From positions 124,001-188,000 of the forward strand of contig QPGO01000045.1 in assembly GCA_008632985.1 (NCBI GenBank): 64,000 nucleotides of DNA. The letters are read 5' to 3'. The position numbers and the translations under genes are program-made. Shown here one piece after another: positions 11,737 through 22,199 of the stretch. This DNA comes from Psammoneis japonica. Lineage: Eukaryota. Every line of letters begins with the position of its first letter. Position 1 is the stretch's first letter. A model generated the notes under the pieces. That model saw only the letters and a list, made by a program, of their open reading frames with translations. It had not been told where the DNA came from and searched no databases.

Positions 11737-13939
11737 AGAGTTGTTGCAGTTTCTTGAACTGCATGCCCCACATTTCAAAATGCTTGAGAGTCACTGCAGT
11801 TTGAGCCACAAGCCCTGCATTTTAAGAGACTGCTTTCTCCATCAACTGCAGTGGGTTGGCCAATTGCACTGCTGCTCACATGTGTTGCTGGTGCATGGGT
11901 GCCTCCATCAAAATGAGAGTCCTGCACAAGTGCTTTCCCCCGCGTCTTCCTTGCATTGTGAACAATCAACTGCTTTGCACGAGACAGCTGTGGATCAAGG
12001 ACTGTCTGGCATGCATTTGCAAGAATGTTCTGATGGACAATCAACCGCAGCGATGGCTTAACTGATTGGTTTTGAAAAGCAGCATTTGTCGTGACAATCG
12101 CTGTCATGCAAGCATCGTGCGTGGAAGAACCCTCGCCAACCAAAAGCGCAGCTGTTCCATTGCTGTTTCAGACTCACTTAAACCTGCTCTCAAGAGATCT
12201 GCACTCTAGCCACCAGCCATTCACATGCGCAGGCACTTCTCAGTTTTCATTGCGGAGCTGAAGTTTGCGTGCAGTCTGTGATAAAAACCACACTCATCGC
12301 AAACAGAATCAAGAACAACTGACAAAAGAATCTGGGTTTGAATCCCTTCTTCACAATTCCCGACAGGCAGGGTTCACAGGCCAGTCAAAGCACGAGATGT
12401 CACATTTGTCGATGAATTGTGGGCACACAAAAGTGCCTGTGAAAGAATTGCCGAAAAGACGTAAAAACTGGCTGCACACATTTTGAAACAAACCAGAAAA
12501 GGCGGGGGGACTTAGCTGCCAATGAATTCATGCAAACAATTTCCATTGTTTGAACTAACAAACTTTATGTCATGTGACACGTTTCTCACGACGCACTTAC
12601 CTGAACTTGTCAATGCAGCCATTTCACTGGGAACGGTGCCCGTGAGAGCATTGCAGCAAATGCTCACCCTTTCTGTAAATGTGGGAGAGAATTACCAGCA
12701 ATTTAGAATCATCACATTACATGCCAAAGAGGAATGAGACAATGCATCGCCTCAACGGATGTCGCACTCACCCAAACTTCTTAATGAGCCCAATTCACTT
12801 GGAAGAGTGCCTTCGAGACGATCATTGAAGTTAAGGCACAAATCATCTGTACAACCAGGAGAAAGAAAGAAAGAAAGAAAGAAAGCATCGCAAGGTCAGA
12901 ACCCACGGGGTAGAAAAACAAACAGTGCAACCCATGCGGCACTCACTTAATTTCGTCAGCAAACCAATTTCTGTGGGAATGGTGCCAGTGAGATCACCCA
13001 CTTCGAAGCTTAAAGAGGCTGTGAACATGAGAAAGCAATGAAGGCAGCGACCAAGTTAGAGGCCCATGCAGCAGGGACATGGCCCCATCATTTGCTCAAG
13101 CCAGCGACTTGACAGTTTACCTGAGTCGGAGAGCAAGCCAAGATCTCGCGGCATCGATCCCTGCACCTGGTTGTGACTCAAATCTAGTCTGCCAACATCC
13201 TGACCAAAACATGTTAAACCATGCCAAGCACACTCATCGCTGTCATTCAACCACTCCTCCTTGTTCTCCCAACCAATTCCATTGGTGCTGTAGCACAAAG
13301 TGGCCAGTGCAAAGCGCTGCATTTTTTGCTCATCTGAACAGTCGTCAAGAAATGCGTTTCCTTCTAGCCAAGACAAGGCCCGGGACTGAGGGGAGGAAGG
13401 ATCTTTGAGTGACTCACCAGCATCCAATGATGCAGTTGCAATCAGATCTTCCACCGCAGACATTGGCACTGGTGCTTGGGTTGCTGGTGCTTGGGTTGCT
13501 GGTGCTTGGGTTGATGGGCCGCTTGATTCCCGGAAAACCACAACAACTAACACAACTGCAGCAACAGCAGCAACCAACGCAAAGAGAAGAAGGAAAATGC
13601 CCATTCGTTTGTGTCTCACCAACCATGAAAGACATTTTTTGTTGTGACTGTCTCCATTGGCGGAAGAATGAACATCATCCGCAACATTCTGAGTTTGATT
13701 GTCAGCAGAATGAATGATTTCACCTTGCGGTGCATTTTCCATGGCGGCAACCCGTTCCCACAATTGATGGACTTCTTCAAGCATCTCGGTGCAGTTGTCA
13801 TTCTCCACTGACCTTGCTTCCAGAACTGGTGGCGCGGTTGCTGTTCTCTCGCTGTCACAATGGGGAGCAATGGGTGGGGCCCTCGTTTGCCTCATTGTTT
13901 TGTTTCCTGGGTCTCGTCCTGAGCCCCTCACAGTGACAG

Positions 13940-14146
13940 TGTTCGAGGGCTCCAAGGGCTGCATGCACTCTGTCTTGTTGCAAACTTTTGCTTTTCTGAC
14001 ATTGTGATCTTTCTGATCTGTTCTGTCTAAATTCAATCTTGTCAAATGTCTTGTGAGTCTTGCTGTTCTTCGAACTTCTTCATCTTCTAAGATCTTCTGC
14101 GGGATTCCCGACCAACCCGATTCAATCTCGGGAACTCCCTCCGACA
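13940..14146 (-). repeat. 3' LTR
   Basis: TG...CA termini; direct repeat of 18651-18859; preceded on the minus strand by a polypurine tract. Confidence 0.93.
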
Positions 14147-14160
14147 CTCTCCCCTCGGGA
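14147..14160 (-). promoter_or_regulatory. Polypurine tract of the Copia element
   Basis: Minus strand cccgaggggagag directly before the TG of the 3' LTR. Confidence 0.8.
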
Positions 14161-14169
14161 ATCTCGTGC

Positions 14170-17100
14170 GTCTCTGCAGCACTCGTCATGCATTCGTCAT
14201 TGCCAACAAACTTCGTTGCATGCTTTTCAAATGTGGGGCCAGACAAATTCTTCGTAAACATGTCCAAAGTCATGTCGTCTCCGCTAACCCAGATGCAATC
14301 AACAATGCCCGCCTCCTTCAGTTCTCTCAAAAAATGCTGCTTGACTTCAATGTGCCTCGTGCGTCCGCCCACACTCCAATTGTCGATCAAATCTTTGGCA
14401 CCCTTGTTGTCAACGCACAGCTTCACAGGTGGTTTCACTTTTAATCCCATGGAATTCAACACCCTCATTGCATGCATCATGTCTTGTGCACACAAAGTAG
14501 CACTGAACAGTTCTGCTTCTGCAACCAACAGTGCAACAATGGGCATCATTTTACTTCGCATCGAAATGGGCGCCTCGTGCAGACACGTGCTCCAACCATT
14601 CACGCTGCGCCTTGTCTCCTGATCCTTTGCATGTTCTGAATCACTCTTGCCCATGACAATAAATTCATGTTCCTTGGCTCCATTCCATTTGGCATTCGGT
14701 TTCAAAAATGATCCTCTCTTTGGTGTTCCGACGCAGCATCGCATCACGCGTTTCATTGCGGCCACATGAGCTCTCACAGCACCACTCATGCACCTTGATG
14801 GCTCCCTCACTGCATTCAAAATTTCGGGTCTCGTCCATCTCATCATGTGTGACAACTTTCCTGTTCCAGATCTGTAAATCTTTTGACCTTTGTGGTCCAT
14901 CATTTCTTTGTCGCTGCCTTTCACGAGTGATGAGCCACCTGGTGCTGGAGTCCTTGGACAAGTTTCTTTTCCCAAATCAAACTCGTCTTCAAAGCTCTGC
15001 ATCATCACTGGTTGAGCAAGTTTCACCCATCCTTTGTCTCTGTTGATGTCAACCTTGCATCCAACATGTTCTTTTAATTCTCCTAACTCGGTGCAGTCAA
15101 ACAGTCCTTTCATTTGATCTTTCACTTCTTTCACACGTTCTGTTGGTCCTGCCACCAAGCAATCATCAACCCAAGTGAGCCACATGACCAATCCTTCCTT
15201 AAACCACTTGAACTGTAAACAAGGATCAGCTCGGCTCCTCGCATGTTCCATCTTCTTGAATGCCTCCTGCGTTTTGCGCAAAATGACATCGCCGCTTGTT
15301 TCAGTCCACAAATTGTCCTCAACAACAACAACACGACGTTTTCTGGATAGAATCTCTCAAATCCTTGCGGCACTTTCACATGGAGTTTCTCTCCTTCAGC
15401 AAATCTTCCATTCAGAAATGCTCCTTGAACATCTGGCAGTTCGGCCCACAAATTTGCCACAACAATCAACACCAGTGCGATTCGCACTGTGATGTCATTC
15501 ACCACTGGTGCTGACTTGTCACTCTCCTTGTGGTGCTCTCCATCAATTTGCTCAAATCCACGAGCATCAATCCTTGCACGACAGGTTCCGTCTGCTTTCT
15601 TCTTCATGGCCCACGTCGAACTTAAAATTTTCGCGTCGCGCGGCACCTCATCTGCTGGCACTTCTTTCCAGGCCTTGCACCTCTGGAATTTGTTGTGCTC
15701 TTCCTCGACTGCATCATTCCATTCTTCCACATCATCAGTCTGCATGGCTTGGTTGTGCTTCACAACCTTCAGTTCCACAGCATTGTCGAATCCGCCTCCA
15801 ATCCCGGCTCCGACCAAAGACACTTCTGGTTCTTTCGACTCCAGTCCATGCATGGCCATCGGATCGAAACCATCTCCACAGAATGATGACAACTCATTCA
15901 GTTCCTTCACATGAGCATAAAATTTCTGCTCAGCAGGTGTCAATTTGACGTTTTCAATCTCCGCAATGAGTCCATCAGGCGGTTTCACGGCTCTTCCAGA
16001 TCGAGTCATTGGCGCATGTTTTGGCACAGAATCGGCAGATTCGCCCGATTCATTCATCTCTCCCCCGCCAACAGACTCGTTAGGCTCCTCGTCATCACTG
16101 TCTTCATTTTCACCAATGTCCACCTGATCTGCACTCTCCCCGACTTCCACATGGGGTTCCTGAGTCAACACTTCAGGTGTGATGTCTTCTCCGGGGTGCA
16201 CTGGCTCTCCAATCGCTTCCTGGCGTTGACAGCACATGCGCTTCAACCAGATGATGTCGCGCATCACGTAGATGGTCCCTGACTTTGGGTCCAACATTTC
16301 ACAACAGTCTCCGTCATGATCAATGGCGTGTCCCACCATCACACACTGAACACCTCGATCAGCAATCTCAGGTGCACTTTTCTTCTTGACAGTGACCGCA
16401 CCGGCCTCTCCCCATGTGCGCAGATGCTTCGCAAATTTTGGAATTTGACCCGACCAGTGCTCGCATCGCGTGGCCACTTTTCCGTCTAGCTCGACAGTCA
16501 TGAGTCCGTCCAACAATGTCACAGTTTCAAATGCCTTGGGAAATGCCTGACACCTCATGTCCAATGGCACATTGGCATGATGCATGACAGCTCTGCCTTC
16601 ATTTGCCAAACTTGCGAATCCCAATTCGGCCAAATGATTTTGTTGCGGCGTGTTTCTCGCGGTGAACTCAAATTGCAGATTCATCTTCCAATCACTGCTC
16701 TGAGCTCTGTCTCTCAACTTCTTGTTCTCACCAGCATTGTCAAGCCTCACACACTTGAGTTCCTTGCCTGCTTTAGTCCACTTGCTCCACTGTTCTAGTG
16801 CAGGCTCCACCATGCTGTTCTTCGTCTTGAAAAATTTTGAAAATTTCAACTGCGTGCGCTCGTCGACCACAATTCTCCAATGGCGCTTGGAGTTGACCTT
16901 GGGACCCTCCTTGAGTTGCTTGATGCTGGCAATGTCCAAAAGCACTCGATTGCCTGCACTCTTAGCTGGTTCGTGTTGACTCTCCTGTGGCACATTCTTC
17001 TGCTTGGCTTTTCCCGCCGCACACGATTCGCACGGCGCCATTCCGCCACGAGCAATTTCCCAACCCAAAATTTTTGCAATGCGTCTCGTCTCATCTTCAT

Positions 17101-18580
17101 TTGGATGTCCCAATTCACAATGAGCTTTCTCAATGCTGAGCTTCCTTGGCATCATTGTGTTGGCCACTTCACCTTGTCCTCGTTTCATGTGCATCGCGAA
17201 TGCCATGCCTCGATTCGTGCGCATCTTGACATCAAATTTTATCTCGACGCCATTCTTACAAATCCATGTTGCATTTTCGTCACCTCCAAGTGTCCATCCT
17301 TGCATCTGCATCTTGGCAATGCTGAATGGATTGAACTCATTGCTTGATGCAATGCTCACATCCTTCAGAGTGGCACCCACAAGCTCACATCCGTTCTTGT
17401 CGCACACGGTGCCCGGTGAGTCGACAACAGACTTTGCTCCTTCTTCTGCACCATTGCTGGCGGCCAACTTGTCATCAGCAGTTGCTTGTTTCACGTTCTT
17501 GGCACCTCTCATGCTTGCACAAGAATGAACCGATGATCCTGAATCCGCCACCCATGCTTCTTCTGACTCCAACAATTTCAGAGTCGCTGGAAATCCAATG
17601 GTCTCCGCACTCGTTGGCAACAGCTCGACTTTGGCTCCGGCATCAACATTTGACAATCCGGTCTCGTTGCTTTTCTTCTGTTTCTCTTTAAACCACGCTG
17701 GAACCTTGTCCGCATTGTCAGGATTCATCCAACAATCCTTGCTCCTGTGACCCGTTTTGCCACAGTTGAAGCACTTTCCTTTAAATTTCTTGTCACCACC
17801 TCCACCGCCTTTCTCAGGCTTCCTCGGCTTGGTGCACTCACAGGCCTCATGCCCTTTCTCTCCACAGTTGTGACACATGACACTCGACTCTGTCGCTGTC
17901 AAACTAACTTCGTTTGTGCTTTCTGACTCGGAATTGCCACTTGCATTCCTCCACAACTGTGTCATCGCTTCTTGCAAATGCTTCATCTTCAATCCGTTAC
18001 CTTGGATGCGTTGTTCAGTCATCACAACTGACTTGCACACCTTGGGCGCTTTCTCAAATGCGACGGCAATCAACTCATCATCGGGAATCTTGTGTGATGC
18101 CGCATTGAACTTATTCTCAATGCCCTTCAACTGCTCGAACAATTTTCGAGGTTCTTCGTTGTCCTTCAACGTCACCTTGTTCATTTCGCGACGTAACTCG
18201 ACCTTCGACATCAGGTCCTGCAGCATGCACATCTCGTGCAATGCCTCCACCATTTTCCATGCTAGCCCACTGGGCCATTCAGTTGTCTGAGATGCACGCA
18301 CAATGCCCGTCAGTCCTTCCGCAGCAAACACCATCGTGAAGTTTGCTGCTGCAACGGCACTTCGTTTCTTTGCTTCTTTCTTCTTCTTTCCATCATCAGC
18401 AGTTTCATCAATGACGTCCGTTTCAGCATTTGGCAAGTCCGCTTCAACTGTCTCATTCATTGCTCGCGCAAATCCGTGCACACTGGCATGCGCAACCATC
18501 CTCATCCACCAGACCTGAAAGTTCTCATGCTCACCATCAAAGCTTGGCAAGCACACCGATTTCTCTCCTGCAATCTCCAT
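14170..18580 (-). pseudogene. Copia gag-pol, frameshifted near 15280 and Tyr-depleted
   Basis: CHNCGEKGH and CFNCGKTGH knuckles, WVADSGSS protease, HxxLGH...CESC, RLDNAGEN, TPQQNHLAE integrase, DVQGAFLNG, WVDDCLV RT, DNKGA/RTRHIEVK RNase H; split across ORFs 15131..18592 and 13056..15311. Confidence 0.92.
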
Positions 18581-18629
18581 CTTGCTTGACACTCAATTGT
18601 CTTTCTTATCTCACAGCCTCTGGGGCCTT

Positions 18630-18650
18630 CGCCTGTCACACTTCGAAGTG
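18630..18650 (-). promoter_or_regulatory. Putative non-canonical primer-binding site (complementary to a tRNA-Asp anticodon arm)
   Basis: No TGG-type PBS after the 5' LTR; minus-strand gtgacaggcg, 11 nt from the LTR, is complementary to CGCCUGUCAC of eukaryotic tRNA-Asp(GUC). Confidence 0.45.
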
Positions 18651-18859
18651 TGTTCGAGGGCTCCAAGGGCTGTGCGCACCCTGTCTTGTTGCAAACTTTT
18701 GCTTTTCTAATGTTGTGATCTTTCTGATCTGTTCTGTCTAAATTCAATCTTGTCAAATGTCTTGTGAGTCTTGCTGTTCTTCGAACTTCTTCATCTTCTA
18801 AGATCTTCTACGGGATTCCCGACCAATCCGATTCAATCTCGGGAACTCCCTCCGACTCA
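18651..18859 (-). repeat. 5' LTR
   Basis: Direct repeat of 13940-14146 with about ten substitutions; outer end ccgactca has 2 nt more than the other LTR before the TSD. Confidence 0.92.
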
Positions 18860-19500
18860 GACAGCTCCGGGGTTCACATGTCCAGAGACACCGGTAGATT
18901 CGGAGGACCTGGAAGCAGTGGCAATGCCCACAATTTCAGGTCTTGAAGCAACAGTGCCTTCCGCATGTCTGCCCATGGGAGCCTCAGGCTTGGAATCGCC
19001 ACTGTCAACGTGTTTCTTTTTCCTGCCGGCTTTTCTTGAGTTGCCTTCGACAAATGAAGGAGTGACTGCAGCTTTTTCTCTATCCGTGAGCCATGGGACT
19101 TCGCTGGCAAACAAGGTCGGGCGCTGGGCGTCCTTCTCACTCTTGGTGTTGCTCATGCTTCTGTCCCAGCAGCAACACTCAGGTCACGAGCAACGCAAAA
19201 TAGCAGCAATTTGCCAATGAGTGGTCAATGAAAATGATTCAATCACGGATCGTATTTCGTTTCCTCGCGCGGGTTCCCGGTCGTGGTAAATGCAGTGGTC
19301 CTGCGATTCAAACTCGTGGTCATCGCTGTGTCGGCAGCTTGTGGCTACTCTGCTCCACTAGAGAGTCTGCCCGTGAGATCTTCGTTGCTGTCGGCATCCA
19401 TGCCGGTCACTCTCTCTGTTGGCTTTAGGTGGCAGCAGGCCCTTAGAGCTCACTGCCATCCTCTCGCCTCTCGCATCCTTCTGGCATCATCCCTCCTGTC

Positions 19501-20855
19501 ATGATGGCAAGGTTCTTTTTGCCACATCAACGGAAGGTCACGGTGCCTCTTTTCACAGCAATGATCCTCATGTTGACGTTTGCTTTTCTCATCCTCCCTG
19601 GACTCAACATGGACTTTCTTGAGCATCGTCAGACCAAGAGCGCCACTCGCGCTCAAAAGGTGTCAATGGAGTCGTCATTTCACGACAAGAGCATTGCATG
19701 GTCTCCGGATGTTCGCCAATGCTGGCTCAATGATGATCATGTTGGCAACTCTGAAAAACCTCCAGCCCAAGTGCTCTTGACTAACTACGGTTGGAACCAG
19801 GCAAATCAAAGCCATGCATTGAAATTCTTCAGGTCCCCACGACAGCGAGAGTTGCTTCGAGGAGTTGTCAATCACCCGTGGTTTCATCCAGCAACATGGG
19901 AGCAGCACTGCAACCGTTCAGCACCATTGAGCAACCAAACTCGGCATTGCGTCTTTCTTGACGTGGAAACTTGCTGTGAACGACTCTGGCCCTGGCATGG
20001 GGGCGAACAAGGAGCGAGCAATGCAACCTCTGACACAGGGGGGAATCGCACTGGCACAACAAGTCGCGATCATTGTGAAGTGATTGAGGATGCATTGAAC
20101 CAGCCAATTGTGAAGTTGCCGGGTTCCAGGTTGACAGTTTTTGACTGTGACCGTGCAGGACCCTCAAAATGTGCAAGACGAGACAGAAACAAGGACGAGA
20201 GATTAGCGCTGGTGTCCCTTTCGGCTCATTCCAGACAACACATTGCCTCGATCGACCAGGGCATGCCACCTCCGGCATGCAGACCTTTTGAGTTGAACCA
20301 AGAACAGTGGGAAGGCGTCACATCTTGCAATGAAACCTCGCGTCCAGTCCTGGCATCATTTGTTGGAAAATTCCGATCCAAAGTGAGGAACGACCTGAGG
20401 ACACTCCACAATTGCAAAGACCTTTTGATTGAACAACCGTCAGTTGTAGAGCATTGCTTTCCATGCAACAATTGCTCGCATGGAGAATTGTTCTTTCGTT
20501 CCAGGTTTGCACTGACACCCCGCGGCCAACACCTGTTTTCGCATCGTTTCACTGAGGCAATGTCGGTTGGGGCCATTCCCGTGGTGCATGCAGATGATCA
20601 TGTTGTGCCTTTTCAAAAGGAGCTTGTAGATTGGAGCAAATGTAGTGTGACAATCCCAGAAGCAGATTTCAACAAAACAAAGGGCATTTTGTTGAGCATC
20701 TGGCCGACGAGCAATGTCGCACGCGCCAAAACGCATTGGAGGTGCATGACAGGTTCATGAGGACAGGCGATGGCACCATTTCTGGGATCATTGAAGGATT
20801 GGAGCATGCATTCAGAGGAACCCACGCTGGTTGCTCATTTGGTCCATCATTGTGA
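19501..20855 (+). pseudogene. Exostosin-family (GT47) glycosyltransferase, hypermutated, frameshift near 20700
   Basis: N-terminal TM anchor; LASFVGK, SRFALTPRG, FSHRFTEAMSVGAIPVV, VPFQKELVDW motifs; one Tyr in 419 aa with family Tyr positions reading His/Cys; the C-terminus continues in another frame. Confidence 0.8.
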
Positions 20856-22199
20856 ATGCCGCGCACATTGAAACCAGCAACGAATTGAATCATGCATCAC
20901 CGTCATCAATGTCACCAGCCAGCTCAATTTAGAAGTGCATGCAAAGGCAGCAGTGGCCCCTTTGACAGCACCAAATTGGAGGATGCTCACCTTGTCCTGC
21001 TTGCAGGCTTTTTTGCGTTGATTTAACTATGAAAGCAAAGCAGTGATGAGCAAATCTTCTTTCTGCAGGTCTCACTCGCATGGCACCGTGAACTGTGAGG
21101 TGGCAAAAACTCTGCAGCGACTGGAGATCTCAGCAGGAGGCCTTCCAAGTTGACTCAGAGGACAATCAGCTGACCAACTTTGCACACCCAAGGATGCTTT
21201 AGCCAAAAGTCTGATCTAGCCTGAAGCATTGGGTCCAGACAGTTGGGAGCTGAAAAGAAGATTGAGAAAAAGTGCTGCTTGGCGGTTCTCCACAAAATCA
21301 CCTTCACTGCATGTTGCAAGATGCGCCAAACAGTGTTTGAGTGCATCATCTCTCATTGCACCCACGTTGTTTGGGCCCAACACAAACAAGCAGAAATTGT
21401 TCTTTGTCATTCCAAGAGCAACAAAAACACTCATCTTGGGAAAGCAGAGCTTCCCAAGGAGCCCCAGAGTTAAAGCAGAGCTTGCACAAAGAGAGCAGGA
21501 CACCTGGTTGGTTGACAGACAAGCCATGACTTTCCCTCTTTTGCATGTCCTCCAGCTGATGCTCTTTGACATGATCAAACAGCTCAAGAGCAAAAGATTT
21601 GACTCACACAAGTGACGCACATTTGGCGCTTCTCAGCCAATCCACAAAAGAACAAGAAACAGGCAGCACACCAATGCAAAAAGCTTCCCTTTTGGTGCTT
21701 TCTCAGCCAGCGCACAATGAGGAATCTCCACAGCACCAAGAAAGAGTGACCAGGACCTGCTGATGTGGCAAAAGAGAAATGTTGGCAGCAGGGCTTTTTT
21801 GGCCACTTTTGCGCGGCATTTTCAACTTCAGAGAAAGAGCTCAAAAAAAGACCCAGTGCTGTGGTTGCTCTTCATTTTTTGTCAACTTCACTGATGACCA
21901 AGCACCTCTTTTTTCTCTTGCTGCAGCTGCTGCCATGGCGCCATTGTTCTGGAGTGTGCTGACAGCTGCAGTGCTTTGAGTGCATGTGCAACACAGTGAG
22001 CACTTTGTTTGTCAATGACGAAGGTGACACAGCCACTGTCACGGCACAGCTGACAATGATGGAGAGGTGCTGGTGTGATTGCCAAGGTGCCCAACAGCGC
22101 TCTTCATCCCTTGACTTGTTCTGACCAGCACAAAAGAGTTTTTGTTCACTTTGTTTTCAGCCAAGGACCATCTTTGGAATTTTGGGGAGAAGATGACAG

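Larger units (their letters stand above)
13940..18859 (-). mobile_element. Full-length Ty1/Copia LTR retrotransposon (~4.9 kb) with 5-bp TSD GACAG
   Basis: Two ~207-bp LTRs; TSD gacag at 13935-13939 and 18860-18864; gag CCHC knuckles, protease, integrase, RT and RNase H in Copia order. Confidence 0.95.
12590..19156 (-). pseudogene. Diatom type-II membrane LRR protein gene disrupted by a Copia insertion and hypermutated
   Basis: The 5' part (19156-18860, ...NPGAV) rejoins in frame with the part below 13939 (TVRG...) when the element and one TSD are removed. Then a TM helix, TQAP repeats, SPQSRALSWL, QRFALATLCYSTNG, ECAWHG and LRR exons (LTGTIPTEIGLL, LEGTLPSELGSL). 3' end approximate. Confidence 0.85.

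Noticed and set aside
13940..18859. ADAR-type RNA editing or RT error during retrotransposition
   Set aside because: Changes are on both strands, differ between the two LTRs, and also affect MITEs and intron-containing host genes.
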